From positions 176,638,001 through 176,702,000 of the forward strand of contig NC_042997.1 in NCBI RefSeq assembly GCF_006345805.1: a stretch of DNA of 64,000 bases. The letters run 5' to 3'. A program made the position numbers and the translations under genes. The stretch is from Octopus sinensis. Taxonomy: Eukaryota. A model generated the notes under the pieces. The model saw only the letters and a program-made list of their open reading frames with translations, was not told where the DNA came from and did not search any database. Positions 1 through 12,860 of the stretch are shown here, piece by piece (positions within the stretch are counted from its first letter, which is position 1; the number at the start of each line of letters is the position of its first letter).

Positions 1-1842
1 AACGATTATAACATTGACATGTATATCTCCATAAACACTTTTTAATGCATATGAATGCATGTCCTAATGTGTAGATTTTCAATGCAGGAGTATTGCTTGT
101 GTAGACGTGTAAATACACATCTTTAGAAACATTAAATATATAGCCCTGTGCACTCTTCCATTTGTCAGCATTGATGTACATTTGTAAACTATATTGTTTG
201 CCAAGGTGATTCATTTTATTGAGGATGTAGTAAGATCTAGAAAAATGTCATTTGTAACAGCTAAGTTAAAATGATTTCCTTTTTTTTTTTTTTTTCCATT
301 TGTTTCCTAAAAAGAATACTAGGTTGGTCTGTTGGTTTCATATTTTATCTGAATGGACCTGTTAAAAGATATTTTTGCTTCGCTATCAAAAAAGCCACTG
401 CAAATTTGGAGAACACTACCAAGACTCTTCTTCACTATGTTGGACTTGGCTTTTAGTAATTTTGATTACTCTTCCAAATAAAGCTTAAAAGAACTAAGTT
501 TTGTACCTCATGTGTCAGTTTTTATCAAAATGTATCCTTGGTACGGCTACAACAGTTCTACCTACTTTTCAAGTTTAACTTTTTAGTTCTTACTATCTTA
601 GTTTTTTTTTTTTTTTTAACGATTAAGCAAGCTTTTTTTTTTTTTTAAATTAGATTTGTTTTGAATAAATTTATTTCTAGGTTTTCAAGAAATAAAATGT
701 ATGTCTTATAATTTGGAATAAACATACTGATAGTATTCTATAATGACTCTTGAGTGAAGCAATCTACTACTGTTTCCCAGCTTTCTGTTTCTGTATGATG
801 ATGTTTTATTGAACATGTCATTTGATTAATTAAAACCTGTTGTTAAGCATTTTCTGTAGTTTGCATATTTAAAATTATCCTTTAAGGCAATATAATAAAA
901 ATACAGTAAAAATATCAGGTTTTAATGTATGCATGTATGGCACTCTGTATGGGACTTGTTTAACTGTCTTTTCTGTAGCCTTATTTTATTTTTGCTTTAG
1001 ATTGTCAAGTATTTCATTTATTTGAATAGCTAAATCTAATTTTTGTTGATTTTTTTTTTTATTTATAATAATCTTAGTTATCTATTATGGTTTCTAAAAT
1101 CAGGTTGCTTGATATAAAGAGTTGTGATTTATTGGAAATGGTCATTTGATGAATGACATCAAAATAAACATAGGAACTTTTTCAATCTCCTTGTTTTCTG
1201 ATAGTTTTTTTTTTTATTACACTTGTCATATAATACAAGTATATACATCATTACAAAGAAATATGTTGTCATTACTTCCTAGTCCTTTCAATGAATTTTT
1301 TCGCAACTGTTCTCTAATTGAATCTTAGATGTTCAGTTGGCCAAATGAATCATCTGTAAGTAGTCGAGCTGCATAGATATTATATAACTAACATAGGAAT
1401 TATGCCATTGTTCAGTATCCTGAAATCTATTTATGTCTTTGCTTATTTTGGAAAGTATACAGTTTCATTGGTTTGATGTTTTATTATACTCTACTATCAA
1501 AACTTAAATTATTACCTTAAATATAATATATACTAATCAGATGAAACGTTTTATAGATATTTTGCTGTATGTAGCAAAATCTTGATGATTGACTTATTGT
1601 GTGAGGAGTTGTGGGTGATGTCTGTATTCCTCAATTGAATGTTTGTAGAGATGAGTTTGGGAATTCTGGTGTTAGATTTTGATTGATATCAATGATCCCG
1701 TGTTAATTTATTTGGAAAATGACATCTTTACATACCTGCTATTGTAAATTGACTTCTAATTTTTAAAAACTATTCCTTACCAACTTAACCCTCATATCGT
1801 GTTTACTATTTCAATATTTTGCTTTGATTTGCAAGTTATGTA

Positions 1843-2672
1843 CAGGGTGTCTCAAAGGTCACTGAAGGGTTAAAATTTTTTAATAACTTCCTTAACTTTA
1901 CAAATAAATGCATGAACTTTTGATACAATATAAAGGACATAATGGCAATTAATATGCACAAGTCAAATTTTGCAACACCACTACATCACATGAAAATGAC
2001 ATTGCTTAGATGGTAGCCATTTTTGGCTTCACATGCCTGTACTCTTTCCAAAACTTGCACCATAACACCCTCAAAAGTTTGACCTCACTTCTCTGATTTC
2101 TTTATTGATGTTCTTCAGTTGCACCAGGGTCTCTGGTTTGTTGACATAAACCCTCTCTTTCAGGCATCCCCACAAGAAAAAATCCAGACTAGTTAAGTCT
2201 GGGGAACATGAAGGCTAGTTGACATTGACATAGAGGGAGATTTTTCTCTTGCCAAAGCACTGCTGTAACAACTACATTGTTTCTCTTGAGGTATGAGAAG
2301 TTCTACTTTACTGGAACCATGTGTGAGGTCTACTTTGAATGACCTTCACATTCCCCAGACTTGACTAGTCTTGCTTATTTCTTGTTGGGATACCTGAAAG
2401 AGAGGGTTTACCTGAGATCCTGGTGCAACTGGAGAACATCAATAGAAAAATCAGAAGTGGGGTCTGAAACTCTTGAGGGTGTTATGGTGCAAGTTTTGGA
2501 AAGAGTATGGGTGTGCGAAGCAGAAAATGTGATGTAATGGTGTTGCAGAATGACTTGTGCATATTAATTTCCATTATGTTCTTTATACTGTATCAAAATT
2601 TCATGCATTTATTTGTAAAGTTAAGGAAGTTATTAAAAATTGAAACCTATCAGTGACTTTTGGAACACCCTG
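1843..2672. mobile_element. palindromic Tc1/mariner-superfamily element (DD41D/rosa-like), non-autonomous
   Basis: Ends TA-CAGGGTGT...ACACCCTG. Arms 1843-2214 and 2343-2672 are inverted copies. The minus strand of the left arm reads SPDLTSLDFFLWGCLKERV. Confidence 0.85.
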
Positions 2673-3857
2673 CAGATAATAAGTCATATGCTATTTGTAT
2701 CCTCTAATTCTGTCTAGTTTATCTTCCAGCTTTAATAATCTGTTCTACGAACAAGGCTAGTCCTAGTAGGGATGCTAGAATTGTCAGACCAAGCAATTTA
2801 AAATGGCACCATTATTAAAAATATACCAGTATCTAAAAACATCAGCTGTTACCATTATTACTGACTACTATGCTTCTCTGTATGAAACAGCAAGTGATTT
2901 TGTATGCAAGTTACACATAGTATTAGATAATTGTGAACTGAGATTTCAAACTCTTTAAGGTCATAGTAGTTTGATAGTTTTGGAAAGCTAACTTTGGTGT
3001 TTTTGTTTTTTTTTAAGACCTTATGTCTATACTGAACTAGTCATATCTTCATGTAATGGTATTGTGACAGTGGTTAATTTATTGGGCTGCTGACTTCATC
3101 CATTTTAGTGGGAAATGATTTAATGTGGGCACTGTAAGTCTTTCCCCGTGCTGGTGGGTTGGTTACCATATTACACAGCCATCACTTTTTGTGGCCAGAT
3201 ATGACAGGTTTTAAACAACTTATTGCATCCTGGACCATAATTTCTCTGAACAGAATGAAAGCATAATGCTTTTTACGTATTGGAAACCAAATTTGCTCTT
3301 TGGAATAACCATAAAATTCATATTATTTAGAATTCATACCTACCTGCTGTGTTTATCTTTTGTTCAGCTTACTTGCTAACCCTAACCCTTATCTTGTGCT
3401 ATGGAGGTTCCTCCCTACCATCATTTAAATAGTTTCATTCTTAGCCATCTGCATTTAGCTCATAAAGACTAATTTTGGCAAACTTCAGTCTCAAATGAGA
3501 CAAGCTAGTAGTTATATATCCTACACCGAGGAAATGTCACACCACAGTACCCGAAGCATGATCAGTAAAGGAAATCAGGTCACTTTATTCAGAATGTCTA
3601 CCTACATAAATTCTCACCCTATCATCACACTGAGTACCTTCAGAAGAATGATGCCAGGATGAGGGACTTGACAACAACCTTCTGGGAAAGCAGTAACTTT
3701 AAACACAATGCTTCATGGGACAATGGACTCTGCAGGCTAGGTTGGTAACTTAAATGGACATATTGGGAATATTGTAATGATTATTCTGATGTATATGGTG
3801 GCTATAGTTATAGTACATAAAATGAAAAGGGATCAAGGTTCATGGAGTTCTGTGACA

Positions 3858-4074
3858 TTAACCCTTTAGTATTTAAACCGGCCATATCTGGCCAAAATAT
3901 TTAATCTGTTTTATGTCAAAACAGACCAGGTCCAGGCTCTCACACCTACCCTACAATGTTATTCTACATTAAGTAATTACACCATCAAGATCTTGAAGAT
4001 ATGAGATAATGCATGATTAATTCAAATCAATAGACATTATGTTTGATTGAATAATCTGAACACTAAAGGGTTAA
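3858..4074 (+). mobile_element. piggyBac-type MITE family 1
   Basis: TTAA-CCCTTTAGT...ACTAAAGGG-TTAA. Homologous copies at 31944-32170 and 34021-34247, partial copies at about 26120-26270 and 35890-35957. Confidence 0.85.
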
Positions 4075-4989
4075 ACACCTACTATTTGCAAGACTAACTT
4101 CAAAAAATCAGCCAATCATGATAGGAGAATACCATAAATCAGATGAACTTTCAAATGCCTCATGAAATGGAAAAGACATGTGAATACCGTCTTTTGTTCA
4201 CTATCATTCCCCATAGATTTGTGATGGTACTTGTCCTTACTGATGTCAAAGAAGCACAGACATGTTACCACAGATCACTAAGAAAACCTAACCATTTGAA
4301 TCCTGTGCCTGGTCTCTTGAGCCATTTGTGCTTGGTTTTGACAGGGATTAGTGGCATGGCATATATGATACAATTTACAAACTCAGTTGGCTTAGACTTG
4401 CCATTTATGCTAGGCCTGTGCTGATTGTATCTGCATTGTCTTTGCTGGAATTTAGTTTTGTAGTGCCATTGCTGGATTCATTATCTGAATCATTTTTGCT
4501 GTCACTCACTGCCTTCGCTTCCTATACTGTACCTCTCGTTGTCATGAACAGATTTCAAGTCACTATCCAGGTAATCTGCATCATTTTCAGTGTCTAATTC
4601 ACTCCAATATTTCAAGCAGTGTATGGCTTCTGGCTCTTGCATTTTGATCTTGACAGCCCTTGCTCATGTTCACACTGGGACTCATTTCATTGTGAAACTT
4701 CTTATTTTTACAAGAACATACTGCCAAAACAATTGCACAGGGTGCAGATATATCTTATTTTTGGGTATAACATGTTCTGATTGGTCAATCAAAACAGGGT
4801 TAAAACCTGCATAATCAAACACCTGTGGCACTCAATGATCCTGCACAATTTTACTGGTGCTATGGTATGTGCAGGCCTACGATTATCATAGCTATACCAG
4901 TGTTACAGGTTCTAAGGATTAAATGAAGATAACTTGTTCAGTTCTCAGAAATCATTTTTGTACAGATATGCTGTTAGCAAGGTGAATCA

Positions 4990-5310
4990 TCTGTAAAGAA
5001 TTTTGGAATGTAGGTTGGCATCTATAAGGGCCCAGTTCTGGTTGTAAGCTGACGTAGTTTCCATTGCAAAATCATTTAGAGAATTAGGGAAGTCATAAAT
5101 GTGGAAGTAAAACCTAGGATTGAGAGATCTTAAAGGAAATCTAGCAAAGACAGAAGTCATACTCAGAAAAGACTGGAATTTATTGCCATCTTGAAAGTGG
5201 CCATGCTCGATGTGCAGTAAAAGAATTGGTAGAAGTTCCATGTATGGGTGTAGTGGAACAACAAGCAAACTCATAGAGTATGTAGTAGATGCACAGGAGT
5301 AAAAGTAGTT
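4990..5310 (+). mobile_element. decayed RTE-clade LINE RT fragment
   Basis: Stop-interrupted reading L*ADVVSIAKSFRELGK...GNLAKTEVI...LPS*KWPCSMC resembles the YADD region plus the CxxC insertion of RTE LINEs. Confidence 0.6.
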
Positions 5311-5339
5311 AGCAATGAGGGCACCCATGAAATGCTTGG

Positions 5340-5740
5340 AGGGTCCTCCAGCAGTTGAATCTTCTGTTAGGTGATCTAATTGACAGTGGTTGAGAACATT
5401 TTGAAAGCCTTGTGGTCTAACAATATAATAGAGAAAGTTCAGCAAACTATTACCTCTTTAGCATGATGACATAGGGTGGATGTGTCATCCTGGTGAGTCC
5501 ACAGAGTTATTGCCTGCCAGGATGAAATGGAGGACTGTGTGTAACTTGTATGTTCCATTTTTTTTAATGGCTTCTATTGCTGGGTGCCCTTCTAACATCA
5601 GCCATTTAGCTATATACTGCATCATCATTAGAGAGGTTATGATGCCCCAAGGAGTCCTTGATCCTTCATTTGTATACCATTTACTTAACAGATTGTACTG
5701 GGTACATTTTATTATGACACCAAGCACTAGTGAGGCTGCC
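5340..5740 (-). mobile_element. decayed LINE RT fragment (RTE-like)
   Basis: LNFLYYIVRPQGFQNVLNHCQLDHL loosely matches the ISLLS-xGK-FARVLLNRL RT motif. Highly eroded. Confidence 0.35.
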
Positions 5741-5744
5741 TTAT

Positions 5745-7227
5745 ATTGGGTTCACTAAGAAAATTTTTTTCTCATATATTTAATGCTTTATCAAAAATTT
5801 TAAATCATTGATACATTCTCCATTGTTCATGACTTTTCGCCCTTGTTCCACTAGCTTGTCAATTGCAATGGTAGAAATCACAGGGTTTTGACTCAGAGAA
5901 TTTATGGAGGCACATTTTCCTCACTGACTTTTGGAGAGCAACTGAAAGGTGTTAATTGAAGGTGCTATATCAGGAGAATACAGTGGATGTAGTAGAACTT
6001 TCCCACTAAGAACTTGAATAGCAGTTTTGATCAAATTAGCAACATGGGGTTTATTGTTACTATGTTGAAGAAGCATGCAATGTTCTTGGTCAGGTTGTTT
6101 CAGCTGGATTGCCTTGTTGAGCCAGTGCATTTGCTGAACATATTGACCATGTGATTGTTTTTGAGTATTTCGTAACAAATAAATATCAAATGGCAATTGT
6201 AGTTGTGTTACCTGTGTCGGTGGCACGTAAAAAGCACCATCCGAACATGGCCGATGCCAGCGCTGCTTTGACTAGCTTCTGTGCCAGTGGCACATAAAAG
6301 AGCACCAACCGATCGTGGCCGCTGCCAGCCTCCCCTGGCACGTAAAAACCACCCACTACACTCGCGGAGTGGTTGGTGTTAGGGAGGGCATCCAGCTGTA
6401 GAAACACTGCCAGATCAGCCTGGTGCTGCCTCCTGGTTTTCCCAGACCCCGGTCGAACTGTCCAACCCGTGCTAGCATGGAAAACGGACGTTAAACGATG
6501 ATGATGATTATCCCTTCCTAATCCTACCAAACACAGACAATTGCCTTGTGTGGATGCAGCTCTGGTTTGGCTTGCTTTTCTGTCATTTTATCATCTACTT
6601 CATATTGACATAGATGCAGTTTTTCATTGCCAGTGATGTGGTAAAGAAATCTGTGTGTACAAGTAACCAGCTGTTGAGCGAGCAAATTGGTGATAAGAGA
6701 GCACTGGAATTTGTCTCGTTCAGAGTGTGTGGTACCCATCTACAGAGTTTTGGAGCCTTACTCTGAGTGAAGGTGAAGGGTGATGTTAACATGAGATCAT
6801 CCCATATGCTGGGCCACTTCACTAGTGAATTGGTATGGATCCTTGTGGATGAACTTATTCGATTAACCTTCATTGAAGTGAGCAAGTCAGCTGCAATGTA
6901 GAGTACTTGAGATCAAATTTCTGTAATAGTACCTTCTCTGTATGCAACACAAATATCTTGAGTGACTTTGGCAGGTTTGGAACCTTGATTCGAAGAGAAG
7001 AGAAGCAGGTGTTGGAAATGATATTTTTTTTTTTTTTTTACTTGGCACTCTATTATCATGTCTAAAAAGAGGTAAAATTTATTCAACTTTTCAAAAATGA
7101 TTAATAAGTGTTGTAGAGGAAGAACTGAGCTACAAAGAAATCTATAAAACACTGATAATAAAAAAAAAAATTGTATTTATTCAAACAATGCTAAGAAACA
7201 AACCATTTTATCTGATAAGTCAATATC
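5745..7227 (-). mobile_element. near-full-length decayed mariner, interrupted by an RTE 3' tail (about 6200-6508)
   Basis: Motifs in the correct order across frameshifts: ECQVKK...HFQHLLLF, WVPHTL, FLYHITGNEK, KPELHPHK...CVW, HSNNKPHVA, HPLYSPDIAPS, DKLVEQGRKVMNNGE. Confidence 0.88.
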
Positions 7228-7272
7228 TTCTAAGACTAAAGTGTACTCTTCTGCACTGTTATGGCCTTTGCA

Positions 7273-7425
7273 CAGTGGTTCCCAATTCTTTTATTTAAAT
7301 GAGTTTTTCCATGGACCCCTTTTAATATGCTTATCCTTATGTATATATATGAAATTTTGAATTTAGTTTACAGACCCCCTTTGTGGACCATCAGGGGTCA
7401 GCAGACCCCAGGTTGAGAACCACTG
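7273..7425. mobile_element. hAT-type MITE
   Basis: CAGTGGTTCCCAA...TTGAGAACCACTG terminal inverted repeats. TSD not clearly preserved. Confidence 0.65.
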
Positions 7426-7559
7426 ACCTAGAGGATGGATAGCCAACTATGATGAGTGTGATAGGAAAGATAGAGTAATTGGAGTGAGAGAATGATGGCT
7501 AACAGTAGAGAAGGGTGATGATTCGGTGTATCAAAAACAATCTCATATTACATGTAGAA

Positions 7560-8170
7560 GGGTATTACCTAAATCTCAGTTGATGGGTAATCAAATAATG
7601 AAGACAAAAGACTTGGAGTGAATAGCTTACGATCTATATCAGCAAAGTCCCAAGGTCAACATGCACAATTAATAATGATGGTAAGCTTGATGGTGAAGAA
7701 CTAAATTTCATGATGAGCAAGGTCAGTTCAATAGTTTGAGAAGATGAAACAATGAGTTATGTTATGGTGCAAAGTATACTTCGCAATAGTATTTGTATGA
7801 CCTGTTGTATGAATTGGAGGCTTTAATGTAACACTGCAAACATTAAAAAAAAAATGAAAACTGCACACATTCATGCTGAGGTGTTAGGGGCAGATCATGA
7901 AAATCACTTGAAAAGACAACGTCAACAATTCCATTATTCTAAAGAAAGCCAAACTCCCTTGCATGGAAGAAGTATTGGGTGGAATGAAACCTGCTGGTTT
8001 GGAGTTATCCAAAGAATGGCCAAAATACTCTTTTTACACTGGATTAGGAGTATGAAAGAGCAGAATAGACTCTAACTGAGAAACAAGAATGTATTTAAAC
8101 ACACCATGAGGAGATTGAAGATTTGAATTTCTACAGCTGAACCACAATGGTTCAGAAAAGAAACTTGTGG
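7560..8170 (+). mobile_element. highly decayed RTE-like LINE C-terminal fragment
   Basis: Residual readings such as INNDGKLDGEE and RQIMKIT*KD. Weak evidence. Confidence 0.35.
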
Positions 8171-8220
8171 AGGAGAGTGATCAATTTTTGGCACTCAGAC
8201 TCATAACTATATATTAGTCA

Positions 8221-8580
8221 TAAGGTGGTGAGCTGCCAGAAACATTAGCATGCCGGGCGACATGCTTAGCAGTATTATGTCTGCCTTTACGTTCTGAGTT
8301 CAAATTCCGTAGATAAATTAAGTACCAATTACGCACTGGGGTCGATATAATCGACTTAATCCGTTTTTCCCCTCTGTGTGTAGCCTCTTGTGGGCAGTAA
8401 AGTAATAGATATTTCGTCTGCCTCTACGCTCTGAGTTCAAATTCTGTCAAGGTTGACTTTGCCTTTCATCCTTTTGTGGTCGATAAATTAAGTACCAGTT
8501 ATGCACTGGGGTCGATGTAATCGACTTAATCCCTTTGTTTGTCCCCTCTTTGTTTAACCCCTTGTGGGCAGTAAAGAAAT
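8221..8580 (+). mobile_element. tRNA-headed SINE family A (head plus duplicated body)
   Basis: ggtgagctgccagaaacattagca...GAGTTCAAATTCC (B-box-like). Other copies at 30408-30620 (+), 31523-31897 (-), 34440-34624 (-), 38840-39065 (+), 46682-46897 (-), with diverged copies near 22617, 23550, 37080 and 57600. Confidence 0.85.
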
Positions 8581-8739
8581 ATGTATATATTAGTCATTAT
8601 CATTGACAGCCTATGATGATTGATTTCACTAGTTTGGAACATGACAAAATGCTTCTTGCATACAATTATGATGGAAATTCTTAATTTACATACAGAACAT
8701 GTTAAATTTGAATAAATATTCACAGCACCAAATGTATGC

Positions 8740-9835
8740 TATGAACTCATAAGAGATGCAGTAGAATCACAGTTAGATTAACAGATGAGGTCACCTTTGT
8801 GTGTGGCTTATGTGCAGGAACAATAAGCATAAGAGCACATGGGACTTGAACTCTCAAATGTCCAGGAGGCTCTCTTGAGGTAGTAGAGTTTCTTGTTACC
8901 TAGGTGACCAAATTAGCAATGGGAGTGGATGCTCTGGAAGTATTGTTTCTAGAGCAGCTGGTCTTGGTCACTGTATGCATTAATGATCAATAATATATAT
9001 GATATGATATAATACATGCACAAATGAGAGAGCATAAATGAAAGAAACTGGCATTCAATACATCAGATAGGAGTTATATATATTTTAAGCAAGTTTTACT
9101 CAGTTCCATATGAATAGGATGGAAAAAGTGTGCAGAGAGCTACTACCTCTGTTGGCAACAAAAGGACTTTCTCTTAGAGTGAAAGGTAGACTGTATGATG
9201 CTTATGTACAAATGGCTATACTCCATGGTAGAGAGACATGGGCTTTGAATGCAGAGGACATGCATAGACTAGAGAGGAATGAAGGTAGTATCCTCTGCTG
9301 GATGTGCATGAATGACAGCATAAATGTGTTGAGAGATAAGTTGGGCATAAGACGAATCAAATGCAGCATGCGCGAAGAGACATGATGTGTATGAATGAAG
9401 ACAGCTGTATAAAGAAGTGTTAGTCACTGAAAGTGGATGGCACCTGCGGAGGAGGGAGACCCAGAAAGACATGGAATCGAATGTTGAGGACTGATCTGAG
9501 GGTGTTGGGGCTCATGAAGGAAATGACAATGGACTGAGATGTCTGGCAATATGAGGTTTGAGAGAAGACCTGCCCACATCAGCAAACCTGAGCTCTAGAA
9601 GCATTGTGTTCCACCCACACATCACAATAAAAATTTTCACACACCCTACCGCAACAAACCAAACTCCTTTCATGCTGGCACGGGTCGGACGGTTTGACAG
9701 GAGCTGGCCAGGCAAGCTCCTGCATCATGCCAAAACAGGCACAGAAGCATGATGCAGGGGCCTGCCTGGCCAGCTTCTGTCAAACCATCCAACCTGTGCC
9801 AGCATGAAAAGAGGATGTTAAACGATGATGATGAT
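8740..9835 (+). mobile_element. 5'-truncated RTE-clade LINE
   Basis: YLGDQIS, ELLPLLATKGLSLRVKGRLYDA, LHGRETWAL, RGRPRKTW; ends in cgatgatgatgat tail. Confidence 0.85.
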
Positions 9836-10035
9836 ATATTGTGTTGAAAGCTTCAATTGTATCTAAGGAAAGTAAAATTGAAATAACCAGTTGCCAAATA
9901 TTCTTTATTTTGTTTGATAAATTCCATGATATTTTGATAATCTAAATGTGAAAACCTAAAAGAAAATTTTGGTTGATATTAAACTTCCTATGCTGAAATA
10001 ATTTCTTTGCTTGTTGGGACAAGGAATTATCAACA

Positions 10036-10254
10036 TTAACCCTTTCATTACCAACCCGGCTGAAACTGGCTCTGGCTCTGAGTACAAATGAGTTTTCATA
10101 AGTTTTGAATTAAAATTCCCCACCAAAACTTAGTTGCAATTTATGTTCCTAACACTAACTTAATGATAACTAAGTTATTTTACTAAATTCTTTGTTATAG
10201 TAATTGAAAGAAACACAGAGCATCTCAAAATAAATACAGTAACAAAAGGGTTAA
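10036..10254 (+). mobile_element. piggyBac-type MITE family 2
   Basis: TTAA-CCCTTT...AAAGGG-TTAA. A homologous copy lies in opposite orientation at 39614-39831. Confidence 0.85.
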
Positions 10255-11469
10255 AACTGTTAATCTTAATTCAAAAATATCTAAAATATGAAAGAAGTGA
10301 AGAAGTATTCAATGTTTTATTGACTGGTGTACAGTTTTAGTAAAACAAATTAAGAGTCAAAAAAAGTTAGTTACAATAATAAAATGCTTGACGAACTTGA
10401 ACAGGGAATTACTTGAGTGATAGTCATTGCATACACATTCAAGTAAAAATACACCAAAAGCCAGTGTTCTTTTCTTTATAAAAATTCCAAAAAGAAAGGT
10501 TTTTGTGTTAAAAAAAAAAAATGTAAATAAAAAGGAAAACACATTCTTTTAGCAACCAATATCCTAACAGAAGCAAGAAACAAATTAAACCCTTGCTTAA
10601 TTGTTTTAGAAGTGTAGATGTGAAGATTAAAAAATTTAAAAAGAAAAAAGTTAATTTATTTTTTTAGTGCACTTGGGAAGTGGAGGTTCTCAAGGAAAGG
10701 TTTAAAAATCACTGTTAAAACATAAAGTGATATTGAAATCTTGCAAACGGAATAAATTTAAAGCAGCTTTACTCTGATAAAGTTGGCATTTTCAAAATAA
10801 ACAATTCTTTATAGTAACAGCTTTAAAAAAAGTGAAGATATTACAAAGTGTATAAAATAGATTCAATATTTAAAGAACCTCATCAGTAAGTAAAAGCAAG
10901 CTGTCGTAATAATCAATGTTATTCAAAGACTCTTTAGTAATGTAGCTGCCATACAAAAGATGATTACAATTTAAGAGTCAATATCAAGAAATATTTTTCT
11001 TTATATAAGTAGAGATTGTTTATCACATAACCAGAGTCATCATATCTTTGATAGGTTCTTCAATAATATAGCTGTCAAAGAAGCAAAGAACAACAAGGAA
11101 TCAACAGTGTTGTTGAATATTTTTTTTTCTTAATCCCCATTCTAATGTCAATATGAAAGATCAATACTATAGCTGTCAGTGAAGTTTAAAAGAAAATTAT
11201 TTACATGTTCATTTGTTGGCAGCTCTGCTAACTGCAGACAGCATGGTTTAATAGGTAACATAGATAAATTAAATTGGAAAGATTTAAATCATAGATCATA
11301 GTACAACCATCAGCAGTCCTAAAGTTTTCCCAGAGAAGGGTTGAGCAGTTAAGACATTATTTTTCAAAATATAAAGTGTAATCAGTTTGGTGCCTCACCA
11401 CCACCTACATGAGGAAAATAAAATTTTCATACAATCAATTACATTTTATAAAATACAGGGTGACTTGCT

Positions 11470-12330
11470 TATGGCCTTTGCTGGCCTTCTAGACTGAAGT
11501 TGATGCAATCAATGTGCCTCTTCCACCTTTTGAAAGTCAACACTTGTGGGGAAAGATATGAGCTGGGAAGGAATTCCAGAGGGCTAACATTCTTTGGAAG
11601 AAAGGGTCGGGTATAGTGATTAAAGTGAGGCCTGTTGGAAGGAGCACAAACCCAGCCCTGCCCAGGTCTTGTTTTAATCACTGCACCCAGATTTGTTCGT
11701 TCCTTCTCGAGCCATGCCTGGCTCATTAGGGCCGGTTTCATTGGTGTATAGGTTCCCCACTTGGACGGGGCACCGGTCCGTTGCAGGTGAACTGCAAGAT
11801 GCAGGAGGAAAGAGTGAGTGAAAATTGTGGTGAAAGAGTTAGCAGAAGTTCGCCATTACCTTCTGCTGGAGCCGCGTGGAGCTTGGGTGTTTCACTCATA
11901 AACACACACATCGCCTGGTCTGAGATTCGAACCTGCGAGTCCGCTGCTCTAACCACTAGGCCATGTGCCACCACACTGCACCTAGATGAGAAGAGACAGA
12001 CAAGTAGGATGGGAATATTTGAATGGAGGTGGCATGTGGTTAGCTAGATCCAAGGAGCAGAGGTTATTATAGTAGTAGCAGAAAAGGCAGAGATAGGAGA
12101 CAGCAGGATTGTGGACCAGTAGCTGGAATATATCTATGAGAGACTTCAGGCCGATTAGTTGAGTAGCTCTTTTCTGGATGCAGTCGCTTGGGCAACCCTG
12201 ATGGCTCATCTTGGTCAAGTACCTTTACCAAACCTTGTGAATGAATCAAGAGTAGAGCAAAACTGTGAAGAAGCTCATCAGATGGACTATATCTATAATT
12301 CAAACAGTCCAGCCTAGTCATACTGTATCA
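11470..12330 (-). mobile_element. CR1/L2-like LINE 3' fragment, split by a SINE
   Basis: SDCIQKRATQLIG...LVHNPAVSYLCLFCYYYNNLCS and FLPKNVSPLEFLPS resemble the CR1 ORF2 C-terminus. Confidence 0.7.
11693..11974 (-). mobile_element. tRNA-headed SINE family D with 13-bp TSD
   Basis: Head GTGGTGGCACATGGCCTAGTGG (A box) and GGTTCGAATC (B box). TSD actgcacccagat (11680-11692) / actgcacctagat (11975-11987). Confidence 0.9.
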
Positions 12331-12469
12331 TACTGATTCCATTTGTGCATTAGAATAAGTGTACATATGTCTGGGATAGACTAAGCCACTTCACATGCTA
12401 ATTTTCAATAAGTAGGTTCTTTAGTTGATTGAACAACTGGCCACTCACATATCAAAATTAACATCATCA

Positions 12470-12860
12470 TCATTTTTTTAATGAAATTTTTTTAATCTTG
12501 GATGATTTGACTGAGGACTAACGAACCAGATGGCAGCACTAGGCTCCAATCTTGATCTGGCAGAGTTTCTACAGCTGGATGCCTTTCCTACCGCCAACCA
12601 CTCCGAGAGTGTAGTGGGTGCTTTTACGTGCCACCGGCACGAGGGCTAGTAAGGCGGTACTGGCAACAGCCAAGTTCAAATGGTATTTTTTATGTGCCAC
12701 CTGCACAGGAGCCAGTCCAGCGGCACTGGCAACGACCTCGCTTGAATGTTTTTTCATGTGGCCAGTCAGGCGGTACTGGCAACAGCCATGTTCAAATGGT
12801 GTTTTTTACGTGTCACCTGCACAGGAGCCAGTCCTAGCGGCACTGGCAACGATCTCACTC
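12470..12860 (-). mobile_element. RTE LINE 3' UTR tail (5'-truncated copy)
   Basis: Same sequence as the 3' end of the RTE at 35141-35892. Further tails at about 16100-16290, 17398-17875, 21983-22238, 38375-38500, 51740-51900, 59622-59777, 60010-60345, 60705-60825 and 63710-63800. Confidence 0.85.

Noticed and set aside
1-1800. AT- and T-rich segment with several AATAAA that looks like the 3' UTR of a plus-strand gene
   Set aside because: No coding exon or splice evidence in the window, and AATAAA is common at this base composition.
4143-4814. Possible piggyBac-like transposase N-terminus (acidic stretch on the minus strand)
   Set aside because: No diagnostic motif or terminus could be read. 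Too degraded to call.
10850-10890. Other CTGANGA hits (10880-, 12280-, 13969+, 28408+, 43399+, 44640+, 47575+, 49617+, 59709-)
   Set aside because: None has a paired stem II followed by GAAA and a cleavage triplet. The heptamer alone is expected by chance.
12600-12860. Repeat-spacer-like arrays (ggcactggcaac units; similar at 17570-17870, 35600-35740 and 60040-60190) that could be mistaken for CRISPR
   Set aside because: They are degenerate tandem repeats inside the RTE LINE 3' UTR. The spacers are related to each other, there are no cas genes, and the DNA is eukaryotic.
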